This document shows, piece by piece, positions 8,328 through 15,768 of a DNA stretch of 45,135 nt; the stretch's first letter is position 1; every line of letters begins with the position of its first letter. The stretch comes from a virus. Both the position numbers and the translations under genes were made by a program. The stretch is from the IMG/VR virus record IMGVR_UViG_3300045988_040126; one strand, written 5' to 3'. A model generated the notes under the pieces. It was not told the origin of the DNA and ran no database searches. It saw only the letters and a program-made list of their open reading frames with translations.

Positions 8328-10030
8328 GTTCCCTTGCCGTCGGCGCGCTTGTCAAAGACACCGGGACGCTTTACAACGGCAAGCCTATTGTCTGGAAGAT
8401 TGCAGACAAGGGGCATACCGGCTACCCGTCCGGGTCCGTGACGCTGATTACGGAAAAGATCATTTCGTTAAAGTGCTTTGACGCTATCGAATCGGGGAAC
8501 AGCGACAGCAACCGCCGTTCTTACGGCAATAACCGCTGGATTTACTCGAATATCCGGCAATGGCTGAACAGCACCGCCGCCGCGGGTAAATGGTACAGCG
8601 CACAGCACAGCGCAGACGCGGCCCCGACGAATGCCAACGTATGGAGCAATTACAACGAATACGATCAGGAAGCGGGCTTCCTTGACGGGTTCTCCGCGAA
8701 CTTCCGTGCGGCCCTGCTGGAAACAACGCACACCGTCGGCAAAGCGTCGGTGGACGGCGGCGGAACCGAAACTTGCAAAGACAAGATTTTCTTTGCGTCC
8801 AGTACGGAAGTGGGCTTGACGGGTGACGCGACTTGCGGCACAAAGCTGGCCTTGTTCAGCGACGACAATTCCCGTCTGGCCTACCCGACCGCCGAATGTG
8901 TAAGCAAAAGCGAATACACGAACAGCAGTTTTGCCGCTTCAAAGCCGTGGTGGTGGTGGCTTTGCGACGCTTACGCGTCCCGCTCGTACAACGTCCGCGG
9001 CGTCGATTCCTCCGGCGCGATGAGCTGGAGCAGCGCGGGCAATGGCGGCAACGGCGTTCGCCCGCTTTGTAATTTGTCATCTTCAATCTTGGTATCTGAT
9101 AACCCGGATTCGGATGGCGCATACACAATCGTATGGAATCAGGCCCCGACGGTCCCCGGAAGTATCACCGTTCCGACGGACGTTCGCGGAGGAAGCAACC
9201 TGACCGTAAGCTGGGGAACGTCCACGGACAGCGACGGCAATTTGTCCGGGTACATCTTGGAGCGCCAGCACGACGGCGGCACGTGGACGCAGATTTACAA
9301 GGGAATCAACCGCACGTACACCGACGCAATCACGTTCGGCTGGAAGAACGTTGCATACCGCGTGAAAGCCTACGACAGCGCCGGGGCCGCGTCCGGGTAC
9401 AAGACCAGCGCGACCCGAACCGTCGTGAACAACACCGCGCCCACGATCAACGGCACAGATTCAAACATCGGAACGAAAACAGGGCCGTTCAATCAGGGCT
9501 ACACCGTCACCGACCCGGACAGCGGGCAGACGATCACCGTTGTTGAGAAGATCGACGGCGTGCAAAAGCGGTCCTATACCGCCACAAGCGGGCAGAACTA
9601 TTCTTTCAACGTGACGGCGGCGGAATGGGTGAAGCTTTTGAACGGGTCCCACAAGCTGACGATCACCGCGACGGACAACTACGGCGGGAGCGCAACCCGG
9701 ACGTACACGTTCACGAAGAACGAAACCGAAATTGAATTGACCCTTTCGGCCCCGCTGGACGCTGACGACATGGTGACAAAGGCAATTATGAGCGTCACCC
9801 GGCAGATTCCCGCGGGCGCGACGTTCTCCGTTGAAATGTGCAATAACGGGTATGACGCGTCCCCGACGTGGGAGGACGTGACGCAAGCCGTCATTTCCGG
9901 GAACAAAATCTTCTTACAGAATAAGACAAAGACAGCCGCAAAATGGGGCTTCAACTTCCGAATCAAGGTGAATCGGAACGGGGCCGCGGGCGACTGCTTC
10001 ATTGTTTCGGCAGGGGGGAATTTTGAATGA
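8312..10030 (+). CDS. DGR target protein 1 (N-terminal C-type-lectin-like variable domain plus Fn3/Ig-like domains); likely receptor-binding tail protein
   Basis: 572 aa. WWWW..C..Y precedes VR1, which ends in GVRPLC. Downstream, the segment LTVSWGTSTDSDGNLSGYILERQ...YRVKAYD looks like fibronectin type III. Confidence 0.85.
   Translation: MAKALSSLAVGALVKDTGTLYNGKPIVWKIADKGHTGYPSGSVTLITEKIISLKCFDAIESGNSDSNRRSYGNNRWIYSNIRQWLNSTAAAGKWYSAQHSADAAPTNANVWSNYNEYDQEAGFLDGFSANFRAALLETTHTVGKASVDGGGTETCKDKIFFASSTEVGLTGDATCGTKLALFSDDNSRLAYPTAECVSKSEYTNSSFAASKPWWWWLCDAYASRSYNVRGVDSSGAMSWSSAGNGGNGVRPLCNLSSSILVSDNPDSDGAYTIVWNQAPTVPGSITVPTDVRGGSNLTVSWGTSTDSDGNLSGYILERQHDGGTWTQIYKGINRTYTDAITFGWKNVAYRVKAYDSAGAASGYKTSATRTVVNNTAPTINGTDSNIGTKTGPFNQGYTVTDPDSGQTITVVEKIDGVQKRSYTATSGQNYSFNVTAAEWVKLLNGSHKLTITATDNYGGSATRTYTFTKNETEIELTLSAPLDADDMVTKAIMSVTRQIPAGATFSVEMCNNGYDASPTWEDVTQAVISGNKIFLQNKTKTAAKWGFNFRIKVNRNGAAGDCFIVSAGGNFE
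8975..9069 (+). repeat. DGR variable repeat 1 (VR1)
   Basis: 95 bp aligned to TR with 12 differences. Eleven are at TR adenines (for example AAC->CGC, GGC, AGC) and one is T->G. Encodes aa ~222-253 of the target. Confidence 0.9.
9086..9098 (+). promoter_or_regulatory. conserved element atcttggtatctg, 17 nt 3' of VR1 (candidate IMH/target-recognition element)
   Basis: The same 13-mer at the same 17-nt offset is found after VR2 (21350-21362). It is absent 3' of TR. Confidence 0.45.
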
Positions 10031-10515
10031 GCGTACAGCACAAGCAAGACAGCATTCGTAATTTACGTTTGGAGCGGCTGGGAATCCAGCCGCCCGACGA
10101 CTGGAACGACGTTGAACAGGTCCGGGCCGCGAAGAAAGCGGAAGTCGGCCTTTCGTGTTCGGCGGTGATCTACGCCGGAATTGACCTGAACGGGTCCCAT
10201 TACAGCTTGACCGAACACGACCAAACCGAATTGATGGCGCAGTTTACGACCGTCAAAGAGGGCGCGGCGGCGGTTCCCTATCACGCCGACGGAGAACTTT
10301 GCCGTATGTACCCCGCGGAAGAGTTCACGGCGCTTGCACAGGCGGCGACCGCGCACGTGTTCTATCATCGGACATACTGCAATCACCTGAACGCATGGAT
10401 AAAGCGGGCTGACCTCGCTGAACTGGATTCCATTTCCTACGGCGTGGAGTTGCCCGCCGACCTTGCGGCAAGTATGGCGGAGATCATCAAAGCCGCGGGC
10501 GGTGGTGCAGAATGA
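10027..10515 (+). CDS. hypothetical protein (possibly DUF4376-like fibre-associated protein)
   Basis: 162 aa, coupled to target 1 by an ATGA overlap. The pattern ...YSLTEHDQTEL... resembles DUF4376 proteins seen beside phage fibres. Confidence 0.4.
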   Translation: MSVQHKQDSIRNLRLERLGIQPPDDWNDVEQVRAAKKAEVGLSCSAVIYAGIDLNGSHYSLTEHDQTELMAQFTTVKEGAAAVPYHADGELCRMYPAEEFTALAQAATAHVFYHRTYCNHLNAWIKRADLAELDSISYGVELPADLAASMAEIIKAAGGGAE

Positions 10516-10988
10516 AACGCATTTTAACGATTTGGGCGGCTTTGGGGGCGATTTATGTTGCCCTCGAAGTCGTTTTTCGCGGGCATTCCCACCCGACAAT
10601 GCTGATTGTCGGCGGGCTTTGCGGGGTCCTTGTGGGGGCAATCAATCAAACGCCGCGGTTCTACAACGCCCCGGTCATCGTGCAAGCGGTGATCGGGGCC
10701 GTGATCGTGCTTGCCGTGGAGTTCGCCGCCGGGTGCGTCCTGAACCTTTGGCTGGGGCTGGGGGTATGGGATTACAGCAATCAGCCCGGCAACGTGCTGG
10801 GGCAGATTTGCCCGGCGTTCGGCCTGTTATGGTTCCTGATTATGCCCCTTGCGATATGGGCGGAGGACACCGCCAGCTGGCTGATTTGGGCGTATGACCG
10901 GGCCGTGTACGGAAAGAGCGGAAAGCCGCCCGACATCAAGCCGTATTCGCTGAAAAGCGTTTACGGGGATTTCTTGCGGGGGAGGTAA
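10512..10988 (+). CDS. polytopic membrane protein (CmpB / putative ABC-transporter type IV-like family)
   Basis: 158 aa with 4 hydrophobic segments and a WDYSNQPGN..GQIC motif. It lies upstream of the lysis genes. Confidence 0.5.
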   Translation: MKRILTIWAALGAIYVALEVVFRGHSHPTMLIVGGLCGVLVGAINQTPRFYNAPVIVQAVIGAVIVLAVEFAAGCVLNLWLGLGVWDYSNQPGNVLGQICPAFGLLWFLIMPLAIWAEDTASWLIWAYDRAVYGKSGKPPDIKPYSLKSVYGDFLRGR

Positions 10989-10994
10989 AGCAAC

Positions 10995-11417
10995 ATGACG
11001 ATTGCACAGCTATTGACCAGCGGCGGCGGGGCGCTTCTTATCCTCTTGACACTGATTCAGATTGCCCCCATCAAGATCAACCCGTGGACGGCGCTTGCGC
11101 GGGCCATAGGCCGGGCAATCAACAAGGACGTTCTAACAAAGTTAGATGAAACCCGGAAGATTCTTGACGAACACATCAAAACGGACGACGCAAGGAACGC
11201 CGACTTGCACCGTTCAAAAATCCTGCAATTCAACAATGAATTATTGCGGGACATTCCGCACACGCGGGAAGATTTCATAGAGATTTTGGCGGAAATAGAT
11301 TTCTATGAAAAGTATTGCGACACACACCCGGAATATGAGAACAACCGCGCAACCCACGCGGTGGCGAACATTAAACGGGTATATGACGGACGACTGATAA
11401 AACACGATTTTCTATGA
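10995..11417 (+). CDS. membrane-anchored hypothetical protein
   Basis: 140 aa with an N-terminal hydrophobic helix (GGGALLILLTLIQIAPI) followed by a charged helical domain. Confidence 0.5.
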   Translation: MTIAQLLTSGGGALLILLTLIQIAPIKINPWTALARAIGRAINKDVLTKLDETRKILDEHIKTDDARNADLHRSKILQFNNELLRDIPHTREDFIEILAEIDFYEKYCDTHPEYENNRATHAVANIKRVYDGRLIKHDFL

Positions 11418-11430
11418 AAGGCGGCACGGT

Positions 11431-11796
11431 ATGACGTATCTATTCAGCGCCGCCGCCGGGCTGATTGCAGGAATCGCCGCCGTGTTGCTGATCGAAAAGA
11501 GCCGGGAGCGGAAGCGCCGCCGGAAAAAGAGGACCGCCAGAAAGTTTGAGTTTTCAAAGCTGATTCTTTCGGGGGTCCTCTTGACCTATTTTGCCGGGTT
11601 CGGCGTGGGGCTTTGGGCCGTTGTCATCGACATTTCACAACTTGGGGTTTTCCTCGCATACGTGGGAACGCCGACGGCAACGGCAATCGGGTTCTATTCG
11701 TGGAAAGCAAAGGCGGAAAACGTCGTGAAGATCAAACAGGCACACCCGGAAGAAACGGAGGGAATGCCCGTTGACCTGAACAACATTCAGCCTTGA
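11431..11796 (+). CDS. membrane protein, holin-like candidate
   Basis: 121 aa with three hydrophobic segments and a highly basic loop (RERKRRRKKRTARK). It lies directly upstream of the endolysin. Confidence 0.45.
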   Translation: MTYLFSAAAGLIAGIAAVLLIEKSRERKRRRKKRTARKFEFSKLILSGVLLTYFAGFGVGLWAVVIDISQLGVFLAYVGTPTATAIGFYSWKAKAENVVKIKQAHPEETEGMPVDLNNIQP

Positions 11797-11809
11797 CGGA
11801 GGAACAACA

Positions 11810-13429
11810 ATGACGAACGAACAAAAATCTTTCATCGAGCGGGTGGGCAAGCTTGCCGCCGCCGATATGCAGAAAAGCGGCGTGCTTGCGTCCCTGACTA
11901 TCGCGCAAGCAATCCTTGAAAGCGGCTGGGGAAAATCCGGCCTGACGGTCAAGGCGAACGCCCTTTTCGGAATCAAGGCCGGGTCATCGTGGAAAGGCCG
12001 GGTTTACAGCGCAAAAACGCAAGAGTGTTACGACGGCGCAACCTTTACGACCGTGACGGCCCTTTTCAGGGCTTACGGAAGCTGGGCGGAGAGCGTCGCC
12101 GATCATTCGGCGTTGCTGACCGGGGCCGCGCGGTATAAAGCCGTCATCGGGGAGCGGGACTATAAAACCGCTTGCCGGGCGATCAAGGCCGCGGGATATG
12201 CTACGGACCCGAAATACGCGGACAAGCTGATTCAGATTATTGAATCTTACGGCTTGACCGCATACGACGGCGCAGGAAGCGCCACACAGCCCGCAGGACG
12301 GCCCGAAACGTCCGGCGGGAAGAATGACACCGCCGGGGGCAAAACCCCGGCAGACGCGAAAGGAGGGGGCAAAATGAAAGCTTCCGAATTTATCAAGAAA
12401 CTGCAAGACATCGTGGACAATTATAAAACCCTGTACGTCATGGGGTGCTTTGGCGCGCCGCTGACCGGGGGCAACGTGTCCCGGTATTGCACGAATCACA
12501 GCTACAACAAACAGGCGGCACGAACGGCAATGATTCGGGCCGCGGCGAATCAGAACCCGCCCGTTTTCGGGTTTGATTGCGTCTGCTTAATCAAAGGGGT
12601 TCTTTGGGGCTGGAACGGCAACGCGTCCAAAACTTACGGCGGCGCGGGCTATGCCGTCAACGGCGTTCCCGACATTGGGGCCGATTCCATGATTACGAAG
12701 TGTTCGGGGGTATCGACCGACTTTTCAAAGATCGTCCCCGGCGAAGCGGTGTGGCTTTCCGGGCATATCGGCGTTTACATCGGCGGCGGAAAGGTCATCG
12801 AATGCACCCCGGCTTTCAAGAATTGCGTACAGGTGACGGCGTGCTTGAACATCGGCGCTATTTCCGGCATGAACGGGCGCAGATGGACCAAACACGGGAA
12901 ATTGCCCTATATCACCTATGACACAGCAGAAAGCCCCCAGCAGGGCGCACAGGACGGCACAGGGGCGCAGAAACCGCCCGCCGGGTCCTCCGATACCTCC
13001 GCCGCTCTCGCGTTCTCCGTGGGCGACGTGGTGCGTTTTACTGGCAATCGTCACTATACGAACGCGAATGCGTCCAGCGGCCCGGCGTGCAAGCCCGGAA
13101 CGGCAAAGGTGACGGCGATTGCAAAGGGGACGAAACACCCTTACCACCTTATCAAGCAGAGCGGCGGAGGGTCCACCGTTTACGGCTGGGTTGACGCGGC
13201 GGACGTGCAAAAGGCTTCCGGCGGCGGAAACGCCCCGGCCCCGAAAATGCGCGTCGGCGCGCGTGTGAAGTATTCCGGCCCCCTGTACCGGGACAGCTAC
13301 GGCAACGGGCAGGGAAAGGCTGTGAACGGAACGTACACGGTCAAATATTGCTATCCGGGCCGCAAGTGCGGCGTACACATTGACGGGCTGGGCTGGGTCC
13401 CTGAATCCGCTTGTACCGTCATCGGTTAA
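11810..13429 (+). CDS. multidomain endolysin (N-acetylglucosaminidase + NlpC/P60-like cysteine peptidase + SH3-like wall-binding repeats)
   Basis: The N-terminus (ASLTIAQAILESGWGKS...LFGIK) is glucosaminidase-like. The centre has GFDCVCLIKG ... GHIGVYIGG (Cys/His peptidase). The C-terminus has two SH3-like repeats. Confidence 0.85.
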   Translation: MTNEQKSFIERVGKLAAADMQKSGVLASLTIAQAILESGWGKSGLTVKANALFGIKAGSSWKGRVYSAKTQECYDGATFTTVTALFRAYGSWAESVADHSALLTGAARYKAVIGERDYKTACRAIKAAGYATDPKYADKLIQIIESYGLTAYDGAGSATQPAGRPETSGGKNDTAGGKTPADAKGGGKMKASEFIKKLQDIVDNYKTLYVMGCFGAPLTGGNVSRYCTNHSYNKQAARTAMIRAAANQNPPVFGFDCVCLIKGVLWGWNGNASKTYGGAGYAVNGVPDIGADSMITKCSGVSTDFSKIVPGEAVWLSGHIGVYIGGGKVIECTPAFKNCVQVTACLNIGAISGMNGRRWTKHGKLPYITYDTAESPQQGAQDGTGAQKPPAGSSDTSAALAFSVGDVVRFTGNRHYTNANASSGPACKPGTAKVTAIAKGTKHPYHLIKQSGGGSTVYGWVDAADVQKASGGGNAPAPKMRVGARVKYSGPLYRDSYGNGQGKAVNGTYTVKYCYPGRKCGVHIDGLGWVPESACTVIG

Positions 13430-13446
13430 AAGAAAGGGGAAGAAAC

Positions 13447-13863
13447 ATGAACATTCTTGAATTTCTGCTTGCGAATTGGGACAGCGTGCTGGTTGTCCTT
13501 GCGTTTCTTGCGGTGATCGTCGTTCTAATTCGCCGCGGCGAAACAAAGGTGCTGAAAAACATTCTTTTCAGCCTTGTAACACAGGCCGAAAAGCAATTCG
13601 GCGGCGGCACGGGTTCTTTGAAGTTCGCCGCCGTTTCCGACTGGATTTATCAGAGAATCCCGGCGGTTCTGAAACTGCTTTTCACCGCGAAAGACATTGA
13701 AAAGATGATCGAGAGCGTGCTGGCGGAAGCAAAACAGGCGTGGGGCGCAAACGAAAACTTGAAAGACTACATCGAAACGCCCGCCGTCGTGGAAAATCTG
13801 CTGGCAATCGGGATTGACCCGACCGTTGTTGAAGCAGAGGGCGACCCGGAAAACAACAATTAA
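13447..13863 (+). CDS. holin, LL-H-like family
   Basis: 138 aa with an N-terminal TM helix (VLVVLAFLAVIVVLI) followed by AEKQFGGGTGSLKFAAV, the LL-H holin pattern. It sits just after the endolysin. Confidence 0.65.
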   Translation: MNILEFLLANWDSVLVVLAFLAVIVVLIRRGETKVLKNILFSLVTQAEKQFGGGTGSLKFAAVSDWIYQRIPAVLKLLFTAKDIEKMIESVLAEAKQAWGANENLKDYIETPAVVENLLAIGIDPTVVEAEGDPENNN

Positions 13864-13887
13864 ACCCGTCCGATTTGGACAAAAACA

Positions 13888-13921
13888 AAGCCCGTCGGGG
13901 AATGCCCCCGGCGGGCTTTTT
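13888..13921 (+). terminator. rho-independent terminator ending the tail/lysis operon
   Basis: The hairpin aaagcccgtcgggg-aatg-cccccggcgggc is followed by TTTTT. Confidence 0.8.
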
Positions 13922-13931
13922 GTGTTGGCGG

Positions 13932-14378
13932 CTATTCGTGCGGAATGGTTACGCGCTTGAATTTCGCCTTAATTTCGGATTGAACTAAATTTATTCGGTA
14001 TGGGATAAGGCCATTTAGCATAAATGCCTTTTCTGCTTCAAATTCGGCTTGCGTCCTGATTCTATAAAATCCGGGCTTTTCCGGGTCCTCTATGCGCTGA
14101 AAACAACCGTCGGATTCGGCTTCTTCCGGGGTATTCCACCGCGTCCAGTTGGACCGCATTTCGTCGTAAAGCTTTAGGCGCTTTATTTGCTTTTTCAAAA
14201 GCTTTTCGCCGTATTGTGAAATATTAGATTGCTTTATCAATTTGTTATAGCATTCAACACCGCACTTCAAAGAAAATCCGTCGTCAAAATGAAGAACAAA
14301 CACGTTGCGAATATACGTCCCGCAATGTTCGCAACATATACCCGCGTTTTTGGGAAGCTGATAATATTCAACCCACAT
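13932..14378 (-). CDS. hypothetical Cys-rich protein (AT-rich accessory gene)
   Basis: 148 aa with CCEHCG...C..EC. AGGGGG RBS 8 nt upstream. Local GC is about 32-35% in sampled 60-nt lines, much lower than neighbouring DNA. Confidence 0.7.
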   Translation of the reverse strand: MWVEYYQLPKNAGICCEHCGTYIRNVFVLHFDDGFSLKCGVECYNKLIKQSNISQYGEKLLKKQIKRLKLYDEMRSNWTRWNTPEEAESDGCFQRIEDPEKPGFYRIRTQAEFEAEKAFMLNGLIPYRINLVQSEIKAKFKRVTIPHE

Positions 14379-14426
14379 TATAAGACCCCCTTTTTGTAGA
14401 GGGGCGGCGGAGCGCCGCCCCGGTGA

Positions 14427-14990
14427 TTATCCGGCAACAAACACACCCAGCGGGGAGCCGCCCGCGGAACGCCACCCCCGGCGGTGAATATCGGACAGGC
14501 GGACCCGTTCGGGAGCGTTCGGGCGGTTATCCCAGCGAATCACGGCATGAACGCCGCCGCGGGTGAAGCGTCCGACGGGTTCGTTATAAAACCCGATGAT
14601 CGTTCCGCCCTGTACGGGATAGCAAGCGCCGCACACGCATTCGACACGCTGACCGATCACAACAATAACGGTCCCGTCGTCGGCAGGCTGGGCAATCGTG
14701 ATAACGTTGGAGCGGGCCGGGGCTTCCTGAACAGGGGCCGGGGCTTCCTCTTCCTCGACGGTTTCCGGCTGAAATTCGCGTTCAGCGCGGAAAACCGGGG
14801 CCATAGAATACCGTTCAGGAATGATATATTCCCCGCGGTCATCGGTGAACAGCTTTGCCCGGCGGGTTTTGCCGTTCCGCTCAAAAGTAACGGTTTTGTC
14901 GGTGCGCTTGATGATCTTAATAACGAAAATGCAATTACTATCGCACGCGCTGGTATCAAAATATTCCTTGCCGATTTCAAACTTTTTCAT
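14427..14990 (-). CDS. hypothetical two-domain protein with an acidic/Pro linker
   Basis: 187 aa from the ATG at 14990, preceded by GGGAGG. First gene of the leftward transcription unit. No family was recognised. Confidence 0.65.
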   Translation of the reverse strand: MKKFEIGKEYFDTSACDSNCIFVIKIIKRTDKTVTFERNGKTRRAKLFTDDRGEYIIPERYSMAPVFRAEREFQPETVEEEEAPAPVQEAPARSNVITIAQPADDGTVIVVIGQRVECVCGACYPVQGGTIIGFYNEPVGRFTRGGVHAVIRWDNRPNAPERVRLSDIHRRGWRSAGGSPLGVFVAG

Positions 14991-15138
14991 GTGATTACCT
15001 CCCATATTATAAAACCGAAGTTGAAGTGTTGCCGTTTACCGCGTCGGCCCCCTTTTCGTGTCGGCCCGTAAGGTTGGCCGTTGCCGAACTTTACGCCTCG
15101 GCAACCGGGCGGCTTGTGTTTCCCTCTTTCTGTCTATT

Positions 15139-15167
15139 ATTATATACTAACGTTAGTATAAAGTCAA
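15139..15167 (-). promoter_or_regulatory. leftward sigma70-type promoter (TTGACT-N17-TATAAT) with operator O1 in the spacer
   Basis: The minus strand reads cTTGACTttatactaacgttagtaTATAAT. The -35 is at 15162-15167 and the -10 at 15139-15144. Confidence 0.7.
15143..15160. promoter_or_regulatory. operator O1: perfect 18-bp palindrome TATACTAACGTTAGTATA
   Basis: The sequence is its own reverse complement. Related copies lie at 15186, 15214, 16882 and 21679. Confidence 0.75.
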
Positions 15168-15185
15168 GGGGAAATATTGCACAAA

Positions 15186-15203
15186 TATACTAACGTGAGA
15201 TTA
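15186..15203. promoter_or_regulatory. operator O2 (15/18 match to O1)
   Basis: tatactaacgtgagatta, located between the divergent promoters. Confidence 0.55.
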
Positions 15204-15213
15204 GGCAGAATTT

Positions 15214-15231
15214 TATACTTGCGTTAGTATT
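15214..15231. promoter_or_regulatory. operator O3 (15/18 match to O1), overlapping the -35 of the rightward promoter
   Basis: tatacttgcgttagtatt. The 19 bp tttatacttgcgttagtat are identical to 16880-16898. Confidence 0.65.
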
Positions 15232-15247
15232 TGCGACGTGCTATAAT
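15219..15247 (+). promoter_or_regulatory. rightward sigma70-type promoter (TTGCGT-N17-TATAAT)
   Basis: The -35 is at 15219-15224 and the -10 at 15242-15247, with a spacer of exactly 17 nt. It is followed by an RBS and the ATG at 15273. Confidence 0.7.
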
Positions 15248-15272
15248 GGACGCAGAAAGGGGGAGCAGGAAG

Positions 15273-15470
15273 ATGGCTGGAAAGTTTGAAACGCCCCGCG
15301 GACAGGCCGCGACGGACGCGAAACGAAAGTACAATGAAAAAAGCTATGATCGGCTTTATCCTATGGTACACAAGGGAAAGAAAGAAACCTATATTGCCGC
15401 GGCGAAAGCGGCGGGAATGTCATTGAATGAATGGATTGAAAAGACGCTTGACGCGGCGGCAGAGGGGTAA
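15273..15470 (+). CDS. small ribbon-helix-helix (Arc/CopG-like) DNA-binding protein, candidate operator-binding regulator
   Basis: 65 aa. KRKYNEKSYDRLYPMV.KG.KE.....A...G.SLNEWI resembles Arc/CopG-type RHH proteins. RBS AAAGGGGGAG. Confidence 0.55.
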   Translation: MAGKFETPRGQAATDAKRKYNEKSYDRLYPMVHKGKKETYIAAAKAAGMSLNEWIEKTLDAAAEG

Positions 15471-15720
15471 ATATACACGAAGAGGGTTACAGCAAGATTC
15501 ATCGGGGAAACCTCTTGCGGGTTTGTTTCGGGTTTTGTCTATGAATTGCAGATATACACGGATTCGCGGTGGGTATGGGTGCGGGACAGACACAGCGCCG
15601 CACAATGCCCGTATTCCTCCATAAAAACGCTGGCGGAAAATTGGGAAATTACAGCAAAGGAAGATTTCAGACGGTACAGACCGTTCGGAATGCCAGTATC
15701 TAACCGTATATGGGACGACT

Positions 15721-15752
15721 AAAAAGCGGCGGGCGCAATGCCCGCCGCTTTT
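15721..15752. terminator. bidirectional rho-independent terminator
   Basis: AAAAA-gcggcgggc-gcaat-gcccgccgc-TTTT, lying between convergent transcription units. Confidence 0.85.
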
Positions 15753-15768
15753 GCCTTATGTGCCGCAA

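Larger units (their letters stand above)
6376..10030 (+). mobile_element. diversity-generating retroelement cassette: avd - TR - spacer - RT - target gene with VR1
   Basis: An Avd-like gene, an adenine-rich template repeat, a reverse transcriptase with DGR-type motifs, and a downstream gene carrying a cognate variable repeat that differs at TR adenines. Confidence 0.9.

Noticed and set aside
14401-14421. GC-rich hairpin ggggcggcg-gag-cgccgcccc between the two leftward genes, as a terminator
   Set aside because: On the transcribed (minus) strand it is followed by an A-run, not a U-run. It is probably an intercistronic stabilising hairpin at most.
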